A stretch of DNA of 64,000 nt, from contig CM035356.1 in assembly GCA_020137815.1 (NCBI GenBank), positions 1,116,001 through 1,180,000 on the forward strand, read 5' to 3'. A program made the position numbers and the translations under genes. The DNA comes from Hormiphora californensis (taxonomy: Eukaryota > Animalia > Ctenophora). The notes below the pieces were generated by a model. The model was not told the DNA's origin. It ran no database searches and worked only from the letters and a program-made list of their open reading frames with translations. Each line of letters starts with the position of its first letter. The stretch's first letter is position 1. Shown piece after piece: positions 45,134 to 60,806 of this stretch.

Positions 45134-47418
45134 CTCTAGGTTATAGCGTACCAAACTCTGCCACACGACAGAACGGTGTTGCAACCTGTCATAAAGCCAC
45201 ATGTATTGTTAACAGTTCCCACATGTATTGTTAACAGTTCCCACCAATTGTTAACTGCCCACATCATCTTGTCATTAACATTCCCCACCCTGTTCCCAGG
45301 AGTACTCTCCCTCTGTTGACGAGTATATTGGAGGGAGTGTGGACGACGAGAGTTCAATACAGAATGAGGAGGATGAGGAGGACTGCGAGGAGGTAATATT
45401 GGCATTATGCCATGGTTTGAGCCAATCAGTTAATTCAGTGTATTAGTCTCTCAGATAAGGGATGGACACTGTCCATTAGGCAATAATAGTTTGGGTTTTT
45501 ACAGCCAATGCAATAGTTGGGGGTTCTACAGCCAATAGTTGGGGTTCTACTACCAATAGTTGGGTTTTTCACAACCAATATTTCAGATTGAGGATTTGAA
45601 GAAGGAAGGTGAGCTGCCCTTGGAAGATCTCATTGTATTGTACGGGCTGAACAAAGAAGAAGATTACACCAAGGTAAAGAGGGCCGAGGGTTGATCTATT
45701 GTTCGGGCACACTTTATAGTTTTTGTTTGGGTAGTTTGTCACATTTGAGATCGTAGTTAACTGTTTCCACTTGATTATCTGGTTGAAGAAAATTGAGCAA
45801 GTCCCGTCACAATGTCATCTATGACGTCAAAACATTATTGAATCACTGAAATGATCTCATTTTCTTTTTTCAGTTCAAGCAAGAATCTCAGGACTCAGAA
45901 ACGGGTGAGGGGAGCGTCCCACAAATCCAAACTTTAGCGCACGCGCGAACTTCCGAATTCTTGATTTCTCAGCGCTGTCCGCGCGGCTCTTTCTCTCCTA
46001 TCCAATGTGATTCTTGGCAACTCGCCCACACACTCACAGTCACGTGTTCCCTCAGACACTGAGAGTGTGACTCATGGTGCCCGGATGAGCATGTACGACA
46101 AGGATGACTGGAAGAAGGAGATATCTATCGGACCTGAATTCCAGGCAGAAATACCACCACTCCAGGACAAAGTGAGTACACAAAAACACAAGCTTATTGC
46201 TCCCTATCTGGCCGCTGGCGGCGCCATACCACACCCCGTTTTGATTGTGCTCCAGACAGTCCCCAGACCAAGATTTAGTCCCTTTTTTATTATATTCCCC
46301 GCTCCTTCCAGTCGAACTTAGCTGAAGGAAACAGAGGACCAGGGGGACACGTTACTATGGAGACCTGACAAGCTGAACTCAGATGACCTCTATAAATATC
46401 TGTCTAGTCTGTACAGCAAGGAGGAACTACCGATTGAGGACTTCCATAGAGATGATGAACAGGTGAATATATCTTACCATTCCGATAGTATTCTCCCAAC
46501 TGGACCCTGATGTCAGGTTCACAATCTGTAACCAAGTCCACTGGGCCCAGTTACAGATTGGGAAGCTGATCTTGGCCCACTTATCTTAATCTAGGGCCAG
46601 GATCTCGTGACTCTCTTCTTTCCACCATGATATAATTATATTTCACCCATCAGGCACTGTATAATCTACACACACACGACTATAAAGTGGAAACTGCTAC
46701 ACTAGAAGAGAAAAGGGAGTGTCTGTATCAGTCTATGAAACCATGGTCAAAGGATGAGTGTCAGGTATTTTGAAGAAGAGTCAATAAAATTCCGTAAATC
46801 TTTGATTAATTTATAATTCATTGACAACTCAATTTTCAACAGAATTTTGAACTCGGACTGAAGATGTTTGGAAAGCAGTTCCACCTGATCCACAAAAATA
46901 ATGTTCCATCCCGTAAAATCAGTGAAATCATCCAGTTTTACTACCTCTGGAAAAAGACTGAGAGGTATAACAACTGCACCTATTTATTATTGTGACCTCT
47001 ACCTCAAGTCATATTCCGTACTGGTGTAACGTTTCTCATTTCAGATACGATATTTTCATCCGGTATTCAAAAATTGGTTCCAAGAGATATATTTTCAACC
47101 CGGGTCTGTCCCTTGACTTTGAGAGGTCCAACTGTAACAATGGTGTTATGGGGGAGGAGGAGGAGGAGGGGGTACAGGTGGAGGTTAGATCAGAACTAGC
47201 ACCCCAACAGTCAACTACAACAGCCACAACAGATCCAGAGACTATTATACCGGCGGCGGTGAGTGTGATTTTCTCTCCCACCCATCAATATCATACGATT
47301 CCCCTTTCTCTCATTATATTCCTTCACCTTCCCCTGTATAATGCCAGTGGCACTTCCCTCTTCTAATTCTTAGTCAGTTGTCCCTAACATTGTCCCTTTA
47401 ATACAGGAACCGATATGA
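44870..47418 (+). CDS. MIER1: MIER family ELM2-SANT corepressor
   Basis: Exons 44870-45001, 45300-45392, 45587-45673 (IEDLKKEGELPLEDLIVLYG), 45874-45904, 46056-46171 (WKKEISIGPEFQAEIP), 46322-46462 (LLWRP..RDDEQ), 46654-46764, 46843-46964 (FELGLKMFGKQFHLI..FYYLWKKTER), 47045-47258 and 47407-47418. Confidence 0.93.
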
Positions 47419-48412
47419 CGGCCACCACCGCAAGATACAACACGCAGCTCCCAGTCCCACCTAGTCCCCTGAGATCATCATGTGGGGTTACACAGCAGCA
47501 CCTCTACCACCCCTGGAGTCTTTGTAAATATATATTCTACTGGTGAAATGTGTTGAGGAATGGGTTACTGAACAAGGGATAAGTTATGATATTATTATAT
47601 CCACATATTAACGATGGGAGAGACAGTACAAGAGAAGTATGTTTGGTTGTTTTACAATGTTATTCGGTCAATTCCTACAGCGGTTGTAGTTCGTTTAAAG
47701 GACGAATTATTACTTTGAAAGACCCTTTATATATTATTTGAGAGCTATAGACAGCATTCCCCTCCCTGTGTGTCAGACTGGCTCTGTCGAGGTTTAATGA
47801 TTTACTGTCCAATAAATTATCCTTCTATTTATTCTGATACAACAGATCAGTGAGTTTTGCTACGTCTCCAAACACTTGTCGGCAGAGATAAAAACAGGAG
47901 TTTGTCGCTTGTCAGCGCTTTTCTGGACCACCCCTTACGGCGCGCACGCGCGGTCCGAATGTCATAAGCTTTACCGACAACAGGGTGCTTTCCACGTTTC
48001 TAAACTGAAAATTCCCCAAAGCCAATGTGTTTAGTACTCTGTCCAGCTGCTGGGGAGAGCAGTTCGGGATGGTGGTGGTGGCTTTGAGTTGGCCAATACA
48101 TTGCAGCTGTGCAACAACTCTCCTGTACACAGAGAGATATAAATGGATAACGAAACATCAAAATGGCGTTGTTTAGGGGTAGTTAGTGGTAGAAAAATGT
48201 TAAATGGTTTATATACAATGATCTGACCTATGATACAAACACACATGATATAATACACAAATATACAACTCTGAAAGAACTCTTTCTGAATATCTGAACT
48301 CTGAAGGAAATGGTTTTGTAAAAAAGAGCTCTAATCTCTCTCTCCAGGAGAGTTCAAAAAATTTATAGTGTCTCTCTATCTCTCTGTCCATCTTAGAACT
48401 TCATCATCATCA

Positions 48413-50489
<2,077 letters not shown>

Positions 50490-51040
50490 GCTAATAAGTA
50501 GAGAGAGGGGATGAATATATGATTGACACATAAAGGAGGATTGAGACAAATCGTTTTGTTTAGTCAAAGACCATTAAAAATTCTTAGTACCTCAATGCGA
50601 TATTATATTTAAGGTGTTCTTACACACGCTTGAAACAATTCAAGGGCTAGACTAGAGACAGCTGAGAGAGATGAGAAGGAGAAATGTCAGATGAGTATGA
50701 CATCTTCCATCTTCCATCTCGCACAACTTTAATCTCTCACCATAGGTGTAATAGTCGCACACATACACAACACAGCATGAAGGGAACAGCAGAAGTGTTG
50801 CAATATATAATTTATCATCTCGTGCTGACGAGTGCTCTAGCAATGTAGGTGTGTTATACAGTCGGACCCCGATTTACCGGGATGCTCGGGGGAAAGGTCT
50901 TGCCCGGTAAGCTGGGGTCCGGTAAATAGGGGTCCGACTGTATAATAATCATACGTTATTATTCTAGTCACTGCACTATCAACAATACCCATTATTAATC
51001 TCTCGAACATCAATGTAACGAGAGAAATAACTCACCTACA

Positions 51041-52972
51041 CGGGGGGGGATCAACACTTAACTGCATGATACTCATGCCGATAACTGCCAAATTTTCAAA
51101 AAATTTTTGACACCCACCACCCCCCACATATTTTGCACTTAAAGGGATACTGACATATTCAAAAAATTTTGACTTTTTCAACGATCCTGGGTGTGGTAAC
51201 TGGTTGGGAGATAAAAATAGGATGAGTCGAAGTGCGAACTCTCTACTCCCTCTCGTTCTCAAGATATAGGGCCCCACCTTTTAGCACTTCGTAATTGGTT
51301 ATGGTATAGGGGGAGAGTTTTATTGCAAATTACATGTAAACACGAGTCTGTTTATCTGTCAATATCTCAACTTTCACATGCACGATTTTGACCGGATTTT
51401 TTTCTGGAAGTTAGAAATGTTTTAAATTTTTAGTATTTTCTTACGATCTGTATCAGAATGACCAAAAAAATCAGTAAATAAACAAGTAAACAGTGCAGTT
51501 TGAGGTAAACTGGAGTCAGGTCAATTAGACCCAATTATGGGCAATTAGGGCACTTTGCCGACCTCTGAGGACTTGGAAAAGTTGCTCACGTGATTCAGTG
51601 TATCAAAATTAGTGTGTAAAGTGCCCCACATGCGATCTTTCAGCATTTCCAGTTGAAAAATGCAATTATCGCCAATTAGACTAAATTATGCTCAATTAGG
51701 ACACTTTCTTCACCTCTGACGGCTTGGAAAAGCCGCTTACGTGATTTAGCGTATCAAAATTAGTGGTGATAGTGCTCTCACATGAATTGATAACGTTTTC
51801 ATGCGATAGGTTACAGTTACGATCAATTAGACCCGATTATGTTCAATTAGGTCACTTTCTCCACCCCTGGGCGCTTGCCAAAGTTGCTCACGTGATTCAA
51901 CGTATCAAAATTAGTCGGGTTGAATGGTTTTGCCTTTTATACCAATTATTTGGCTAAATTTTTCAGTTTATACTCTCCTAGGATACAATATTCATTTCAG
52001 GGCTGAATAGTTGATAACTATTGACTATGTTATTGACTATGGGCTAAATACTAACAATTTTTATGTAAAATTGAGGAAGTACAGCCAAGTCTGATTGACA
52101 TTAGTTACTGTATACCATGATAATATTGTTCTAAGAAGGCATACATTTCAAAAAAATCACCGTCTTGCTTAGTTATAGTTCTACCTATTCATGACAAGTC
52201 TAGAGACAAATGGAAACCAAAAACAGAAACTAGAAGTGGTCTTTAAGGTTTTAGAAAAAACCCGGTCAAAATCGCATGTGTATTAGCTGAGATAATGACA
52301 TATAAACAGGCTCGTGTTTACCTGTAATCTGTAATGCTGGTCTCCTCCTCTTACCATAACCAATTAGTGGGTGTTAATATTTGGGACCCTATATCTTGAG
52401 AAGTAGAGGGAGTAGAGAGCTCGGACTTCGACACAATGTATTTATTCTCTCAGATGATGTGATTGGGCAATGTTTTACTAAAATTTGAGATGGTCGATTT
52501 GAATATGTCAGTATCCCTTTAAGTCCCACATTTAACTGCCGCCACATCTGAAAATGTAGACCCACCCCCCAAATCTAGCTAAAAGGGAGCTAAAAAAAGC
52601 ACGAAAGATACGGAGAGACTTATATATTGTGTCTAAAATCAACTGCCATCAACTAAGAACAATACAGACCAGTTTAGGTAACGGATCCGAATTCCGAATT
52701 GGTTAGTATGAGACACTTAGAGTGGTATGCGTAAAAAATAATCGCCACATACATGTGATAGGCGCGCAAAAAATAACGAGCGCGCGAAAAAGGGGTTGAA
52801 AACTTCAAAAAATCGGCCATTTAGAGCAGTTATCTAAATTTTCACCATATAAACACCCTTAGACCCCCTATTTTTAGGCAGTTAAGTGTACAACTTAACT
52901 GCCGGACCCCTCGTACACCCACCCACCCTAACTGGCATGAGTGTCACAAAGTTAAATGTTGATCCCCCCCCG
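51041..52972. mobile_element. 1.9-kb non-autonomous foldback element with CGGGGGGG termini, 7-bp TSD ACCTACA and internal ~150-bp tandem repeats
   Basis: CGGGGGGGGATCAACACTTAAC / GTTAAATGTTGATCCCCCCCCG. 51140-51400 mirrors 52260-52525; three diverged repeats at 51520-51915. Confidence 0.85.
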
Positions 52973-53237
52973 ACCTACATACAATATATAGTTAGTTTCG
53001 CAACAAGAAACGGAGCAAAAATCACAAAACACAGCGAATTTGCACAGACACTCACACACAGACACGAAATTTTGGGAGATAAAAAACTATACTTTCTTAT
53101 AAATTACTAGATCAAAGTACCGCCATTGCACTTAGCTACACACAATCTCTCACTCACTCCAACACACACATAATAGACCTGCGACTACCATTCAAAAAAC
53201 ATAGCACCCTCAATTCCTCCCTCACACACCACAATAT

Positions 53238-55367
53238 CTACCTATATAGATTATGATCCTTAACGTGCAAATAATGACAATTAGTATACGGACAATTGCC
53301 CTGCAGCCAATGCTCGCACTCAATGGTAGGGTTCTTATTCCAATTCACATCTAGAGACACGCCCTTTATTATGTGATTCTGGGCGGCATTAAAGGCCCGC
53401 TTCGCATCCTCCCGCTTCATAAAGTGGACAAAAGAGTAAGCGAGGGGTTTCCCATGGGTCTTGATGATCACAACACCCGATACCTCGCCATACTTTACAA
53501 AGACCTCATATAGATCCTTGTCAGTTACAATCTTGCTGTCAAAGTGTCCGATCCACAAGGAGTAATCTCTCGGATCAAACTTACAATTACCACCTCCACC
53601 TCCACCACCGTTCTCCATCTGCTTGTTGTTGTTGTTGTTGTTGTTTGAGGAGGGAGGAGGGGGTCGGGATCTCATGGCAGCCATTGTGTTGGGCCGTGCT
53701 GATGGGTGTTGGTTTTGCTGTTTCTTGGGCCGTTGTTGTTGTGGGTGGTGCTGCTGAACGGGGGCCATGTGGCGAGGCTGGAAGGATGGTGCTGGAAGGG
53801 TCTGGTAGGGATTGTGGACGAGAGGAGGTGCACCCCTGGTACCAGGAGCTATAGCCGTTAGCCGGATTGGAGATGCAGTGTAGGACCCGTTAGGCATTAT
53901 TGGGTAGAATGTTGAGGGAGGGGGAAGGTGGGGTGGCATTGTCGGATACATTGGCATTGGTGGTTGTGCAGTTGGAGGACATACCGGGCTATCATCGTAA
54001 TCAGTACAAGAAAATGTCATGTTGTCCTTGAATTGAGACGACAGCAGAAACTCTATTGCTCCCTGGATATCGTTTTTACTTCGCATAAGAGCATGTTCAC
54101 AAGCCCGTCTGTCAAAACCAAAGTCCTGGAGCTGGAGGAGCCGCACCTCGAACAACTCGTGGGAGGCCTCCGAACAATCTGGATCAAGCTCTAATATCTT
54201 CTTTAGAGCATTTTCAGCCTCACTGAACCGTTTCAAACCGCATAAAGCCTTCGCCTTCCGGAAATACCCCTTGGGCTCATTTGGGACAAGTTTAATGGCT
54301 GAAATGGCATCTTCCATGGCCTCCTGGAACCGTTTTAGCGAGTGATAACAATACGATCTGTTTCCATAGCAACGATGGTCAATTTTATTCAAACCGATCG
54401 CCTTTGTGTACTCCTCGATGGCGTTGTGTATCCGGCCTGTTTGGGCAAACTCGTTTCCCTTCCGGGCGTGTTCTTGGGATTTAAAAAATTCCTCTTCTGT
54501 AGGAGGATCAGGAAGATCTGGCGAGGGAGGCCTTTCCGGGGTACTCTTTTTAGCAGGAGGAGACGTTGATTTCGGTTTTTCCGATGATGCACCGTTAACC
54601 ATTTTTTCGCTGGTTTTTCGAGCACGAGTTTCTGCCTTTTCGACCTTTTGTTTGACTTTATTACAGAATGCACTGCCCAAATCAATTTCTGGACCATTAT
54701 CCTCACTTTCACTGCCTGCTGTAGCAGTAGTTGAGTTTTCCTGTGATTTTGAAGGTTGACGGTTCAAGTTAACTATACCCGGTACTGCCTTTTCAGCCTG
54801 AGCAGGAGACGCTGGTTCAATAACATCTGGAATCTCTCGAATCTCAAAAACATCCTTACTCTGCTCCTTCGGGTTTGATTCCTTCTCCTCTCTTTTCTTT
54901 TCCTTTCTCCTCTGCTTATGCTTTTTTCTCCGCTCCCGTTTCTTCTCCAGCCTTCTTTTCTCTGCCTCCACCTCGTTAACTAACTTCTGGGCATTGTCAT
55001 CTGCAGCCTTGGTTATCTCCTCCCACTGTTCGTCCTCTGTATCATAATCCTCCTCGCTGTCCTCTCCACTTGCCCAACCCAGCTCCGAGTCTAGGACATC
55101 CATCCAATCGGTGTTGTCGGTGCCGGTCAGGAGCATGAAGGCAGCAGTCGCCCGATGAAGCTGGGCATCGTCTGTTGCTTTGGGCATTACACGAATAACG
55201 TGGGAACGGAATGCCTGCTTTATCTCCGCTTCCGTAGCCGTCGGTGGTACCTGTAAAGGAGAGTGAGGTGATAAATAGTGTGAAAGAAGTAAAATTGTTT
55301 TGACTTAGTAACATGAAAGCCGGTGACTTACCTTTAAAAGTTCAAAAGCCTCATTTTTAGTCAGCAT
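53238..55367 (-). CDS. TTC31-like protein: degenerate J-like N-terminus, TPR repeats, UBA-like, RRM, CCCH zinc finger
   Basis: Exon 55332-55367 (MLTKNEAFELLK) plus 53238-55250. TPR (KGNEF..YTKAI..YGNRSYC..KGYFRKAKAL), UBA-like (FGFDRRACEHAL..AIEFL), RRM (LWIG..YSFVHF) and CEHWLQGNCPYTNCHYLH. Confidence 0.85.
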
Positions 55368-55883
55368 CCTACAACCTATTGCATGTGACTGAAAGGTACA
55401 AGACGATTAGCTTTAAAAGGGTGATAAAGACACAGAGAGATTGATGAAAACACGTCTTGGATACATGACTGAAATTATAATACGGTGTAAACAATTGTAA
55501 AGGAATGTGTAAACAGCTGATAAAGAAATATTCCTCGTAATACAGTCAAACCTCAGTTCGCCGGATTGATAAACTTCAAATTACCCTGCATTCGAAAAAA
55601 AAGGTGTGGTGTACCAAATATTCACAATTATACCATACATTTCAATATACGGTGCAAAAACTCTTCTCCCGAGGAGTCCGGTAAATCGAGGTTTGTCTGT
55701 ATTGTAACAAGCTAGACAACGAGTAAATCTACAGTCCGCCCCTAGAACTACTCCTAGACAGCCGTTAAAATAAATACCTCGATATAAAAATACAGCGCAG
55801 ATTATAATAATACTCCCCCACCCTCCTCGAAATACCAAAGACACACAAACTCTGAATTCAATAAAAACAATCACCCCAGTGTT

Positions 55884-58484
55884 TCAGTTGTCCTTTGGAA
55901 CTGCTGCAGAGCTGGGAACAGTAGAAACAACAATAGAGTCATGTTCAACTGAAGGAGCAACATTTGTATCAGGGTTCGATAATGATTTGTTGCTAGGAAG
56001 AGTCAGTTGGGAATTATCGGCTGCCTTCTTTTGCACTGGGACTCTTGTCGTAGAAGGCGTCGCAATAGAAGGATTCATTTTTGGACTCAAACCAGGGGAT
56101 TTTGAAACAGATTTCGACCCAGGAACTGGTGAAATCGGGACAGAGCTGGAAGCGGTTGTAGGTGGTGTCGGAAGGGGTGCTACTGCAATCTTCGTACTAC
56201 TCGGCACTAAAGTAACAGGTGGTGTGACAGCGCTTGTCATTTTCGGGGAAGCCATGCGATGCACACTAGGAGCAACAGATACATTAGGAGGAGGTTGACT
56301 TGGTTAGTTAGCCGGTTTATCAGTGGCAGGAGGTGCAGGTCTTACCATACTCATAATACCAGGTGGTAGGTGTAAGGAGCTGCTCCCGAAGATCCGATTA
56401 TGATACTGGTCGGGGTGGGAGCAGATATCGGTCGAGCTGGGTGAGGAGCCGGTGTAATAGTCGGGTGAGGAGCCGGTGCAATAGCTGGAAGTGAATGAGG
56501 CGTCGGTAATGGCTGGAGTTGGTGTTTCAACTCTTGATAACTTTGCAGCCTTCGGTTGGGTATTTCCACCTACCCTTAGGAAAGGGTTACCCGGGTAACG
56601 ATCAAACATTTGAGGAGCTGATTGTTGGCGTTTCCGTTTCTTATCCGAAATACCCGCTGCTGTGGTTGTGGGATTTGGTGTAGCATGGAGCTGAGCCTTG
56701 GTCAGATTTCTGGGGTGAAGACAGGATCTCCTGGACCTTGGCATCAACCTCCGATGGCGATAAGACTCCCTCCCATTTATCAGAGTGTTTAGCTGAGGCA
56801 GGTTTCGGTGGAGGGTTTAGAGGAACTCCAAGAAGGTGCGGGTACCCTGGTGAACCGGGATGCCGGAAAAACTGTTGCCCCGGGTAACTGACCGCCGCTA
56901 CCATATTGTGACTTGGAGCGATTTGAACGTTGGGAGTCGTGTTAGGTGGGAGGGTGGAGTGAGCCATTGAGATGTTGGGGTGCCGAACGGAACGTGAGTT
57001 GTTGTTACCTGATTGGGGTGGAGGAGGAGAGGGTCTGAGGGTGAGGCGATGGTAGTTTTGATGTCGGTAAGCTGGGTGTTGGGGATAGTACTGAGGCTGA
57101 GGTTGACCACTCGGGGGTGCAGGTGATGGAGGTGCTTGGTGGGGAGATTGGTGACGGGGAGGGGAAGGACCGGGGCGTCGAGGGGGTGATGGGTGATGAG
57201 GTGAAGATGATGGTGGGCGGTGAAAGTTCGGTTGATTCAGTTCTCCCCCGTCTACCCTACCCGCGGCGGCAGCTGACAGACCTCTGTCAATATCGGGTAG
57301 TGTATTTAAAGTAGAGCAAGTTTTCAGCAGACTATCCACACTTGGTAAGGGCCCATCGCCCATTCCAGGACTTCGCTTCAGTCTCTTGTCACCTTGCAAC
57401 GACACAAATAATGTCGGTTTCCCACCACAATCCGCACCCCGAGATTTGTCCGCTAATTGTTGCTGTACAACCATTGGAGGTGCAGTAGCTTGTGGAGGGG
57501 GAGGAGGAGGAGGGACAGGAGGAGGAGGGGGTGCCTTTTTAGTTTTCTCTGGTCGAGGAGTGATGTTCCGTGGTCCACTCTGTACCAACTGGAGCATACC
57601 GGAAGGCTTCTTTGGTGCTTTACTAGATCTCTTCTCGTTCGGTTTGGGTAACCGCGTGTAGGGAGGAGGGGCCATTGGTCGTTGTCCGGCAAGTTGGGGC
57701 GAGGGGACAAGTTGCGGTCTAGGAGGATGAGCACCGGAATACTTCTGAGGTGAAACGCCTGCCTGCTGTTGTTGCTGCTGCTGCATTTGCTGCTGCATCT
57801 GCATTTGTTGAGCCTGTAGTTGTTGCATCTGTTGAGGAGTGAGGTGACGATATTGCATCATCATTTGCTGACGAGCCATCAGCTGTGCCCTAAACCCTGG
57901 GTGGTTCATCATTTGCATTCGGTATTGTCTCTGGTACTCGGGGTGCATGGACACCGACCTTAGAGACATCTCCAAGTTGGTGTACAAAAACTGTAGGATT
58001 TGGGTGTGGGTATATTGGTTGTCCTGACAAAATACGGAGATGGGAGGGAGAGCAGGCGGAGGAGGCCGAAAGCGGGTTTCATTTTCGTTCCGTTCGGGTT
58101 GGTTCGTGTGATCAGTTGTCTCATTTCCAGGAGCAGGTGATTGTTGAGGGCCGGGAGCGGTTATCTGGGGAGCGGCCTTTAGGCCACATGAGTGATCAGC
58201 TGGGAGACCTTTTACTGCATCTTTCTGTGGCCGATTTATTTTATCTGACAACGGCTGCTTTTTAGAATCACGAGGTTCTTTCGATTTGATTGCAGCATCA
58301 AACGAGAATACAGAGTCTAAGTGAAGAGGACACTTAGTCCACATTTGCAGGTGCCGGGGGATGTTAAATACTTCAGGATATCATCCTTAGATTTGAGTTC
58401 TTCGCTCGATGGCGCTATGTAGAGCACAATCTGGCTTTTGATGACGCGTTGCCATCCTCGAGGTATGTCGATACATTGCTTCAT
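55884..58484 (-). CDS. MBD5/MBD6-like protein (N-terminal MBD-like domain, long P/Q/S-rich tail); frameshifts at ~58335, ~56700 and ~56300 as assembled
   Basis: From ATG 58484: MKQCIDIPRGWQRVIKSQIVLYIAPSSEELKSKDDILKYLTSPGTCKCGL/KCPLHLDSVFSFD matches the MBD5/6 signature (P.GWQR..YL..GTCKCGL.CPL..VF.FD). Confidence 0.85.
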
Positions 58485-58499
58485 AAACTATCGTTACAT

Positions 58500-59230
58500 C
58501 CTGTAAAGAATTGGAGAGGTGAAAACTGAAAACCCCACGCCTCACGAGGGAACTGCTTACTGCAGTCATGTTGAGCATGCACTGCAGTCAGCAGTGCCCA
58601 AATCTGCAAGTTTTAGACGGTCATTGGTTCAGCAGACTGTTGTCGCAACAATGAACAACAAACAAATAAACGCCCCTGATGAGTAATCGTAAATAACAGG
58701 TGCACTGTGCACGTTGTGGCGTGTGCTCTGTCAAGTTGGCCGCCCGCATGGCGTTGCAAGATTGCGGGTTGCCTACGACGCGGTCTACGGCACGCGAAAA
58801 AAGGCAATCAATGCTAGCGGAACGTCGTGGACCACGTCATAGCCTATGACTCACAGGCAACGCTTTATGCAGGCTTTCAGCCCACAAGCAACAGCTCAAA
58901 ACCGCAACGACAGTCGACAAGGGAATTTTCAAATTTCGTAACAAAAATTTTCATTTTCAAATTTTGATTTTTTTTTCTTTAAATTTTACTTGTGGCGCGA
59001 CGCGCACAGACGAAGCAACGCTAAAGTGTTTAAATTTCGCGTTTTACATTTAAATCGCAATTATGCATCGCTTGTTTTAACATTTTATTTTCCAGTATTG
59101 CAAAATTTTGCTCAATTTTCTCATTCCCCCCCCCCCCTTTTTTGCTTTTCTCACCTCTTCCTGAAGGGTAAGACGACGTTTTGCTGATTCTTCTCGCTGA
59201 AACGCATAGCTAACATATCTATCTATCCAT
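58500..59230. promoter_or_regulatory. Probable bidirectional promoter/5'UTR region between MBD5-like (-) and HAUS3 (+)
   Basis: Head-to-head genes ~750 bp apart, CpG-rich patches, and a short UTR intron (GG|GTAAGA at 59168 to CATAG at 59232). Confidence 0.55.
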
Positions 59231-59235
59231 AGGAA

Positions 59236-60806
59236 ATGTCACGAACTGCAACCCGTATCACGAGCCGGGTGAACAAGCTCGCTAAGCGGAAAGTTGCAGA
59301 CCGGGAATGTATCGCTCAGATGTGCGATCACAATGCAACCCGGAAGCTAGCAGCTTGGCTCGATGAAATCCTGCTAGAAGATGCCCTGATGGAAGAGGAA
59401 ATGGAGTTGTGGGAACACGCCCAGCTTATCGGTGACACGCACACGGAGGACCAGCTAAAAGATGCTAAGATGGAGAAGGAAGCGTACCACTGTGAAGGTA
59501 GAACAACTTGAGGAGGAACTGAGGATGCTTTCTAAGAAGGAAAGTTCCCTTGATAATCAACTAAACATGCTCGCTGAATGCACCGAGGCTGTTATGAAGG
59601 ATTCTACAACAGCAGATGTTGTCTGTAACTCTGATCAGTTTTTGAAGACATCTGCTGCATCTAGGGTGGTGGAGCAACGATTTACAAATCAATTGGAGAA
59701 AATGGAGAAAGCCTATTGAAGGGAGTTCGATAACAGAGGGATGCTTTATGAACTCTCAGTTCGATGACTACATCACGGCTGAGCTGGAATACACAGAATC
59801 GCTGACCAAATTCTGTGAGACCTTGTTCTTTGAGGGCATTTCAAAGATTCCTGGCGGAAGTGATCACAATTACATCTCGCAGGATGAGAAAATCAGAAAA
59901 ACTATCCGAAGAGTCCAGGACACCTTTCTGGAGCGAGAGGAATCATACATAGCCGATACACTTCACCTGGCTGCGGCTGATGCACTAAACAACTTTTTAA
60001 AGAGCTCTCCAGAACTGGAGAAAACCTCAGAAGAGATCAGTTTGGAATGTGTCCGGCTAGAAAATGGAATCAAAGAAAAGTGGAAAACCGATATTATCCC
60101 TACTCTCCTCAATCTCCGTTCTCTCCAGGATGTTCCCATTCTCAGTGGTAATTACAAGCTCAAACTCCTGCGACAGGACTTTTTCACGAAACGCCAGGAT
60201 AAAGTAATAGAGTTGCTCCTTCATCAACTTTCCCGGCAGGAGTTGCTACAGCAACAGCTGGAGCATGAGTATCACGTGTTCAGAGATCAGTCACGTGACC
60301 TCGCTGCACTTGATGGAGAGTTAGAACGAATGGGAAGGGTGATCACTTCTCACTCCTCTCTGGTGGATGGCGATGCCGCCTTGTTGCCTATGAAGCGGGA
60401 TATTACCTCCTACAGCGCTAGTGATCCAGCTATATCTGCCTTGGCTACAATTCTAAATCTTCCTAACAGCACTGTTTGTGTTATACTCGATGACGTCATT
60501 TCAGGGATCAATTCCTTGCCCTCTCCTTCACCACCTTCCGTCAACCTCACTTCTGTTCTCTCTAAAATCCATGCTGACATAGTGAAATGTGATCGGGCTC
60601 TAGCATGCGGGCTGACAAGTTACCAAGCTGAGATTAAACAGGCCCACCAGTCAATTGAGACTTACAATGGTCTGATGGAACAGTATAGGGACGATTTTAC
60701 GGGCAAGTTTGTCCTGTTAAAGGGTAGTGAGGAGAGGAAGATGAGAGTGTGGTTCTTTACTGACGAGGACAAGATCAGAGAACATTTTATGATAGAGGAG
60801 GACTGA
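59236..60806 (+). CDS. HAUS3: HAUS augmin-like complex subunit 3; frameshifts at ~59480 and ~59710 as assembled
   Basis: PILSGNYKLKLLRQDFFTKRQDKVIELLLHQLSRQELLQ matches the HAUS3 motif. Coiled-coil composition, C-terminal WFFTD, and three collinear ORFs. Confidence 0.75.
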
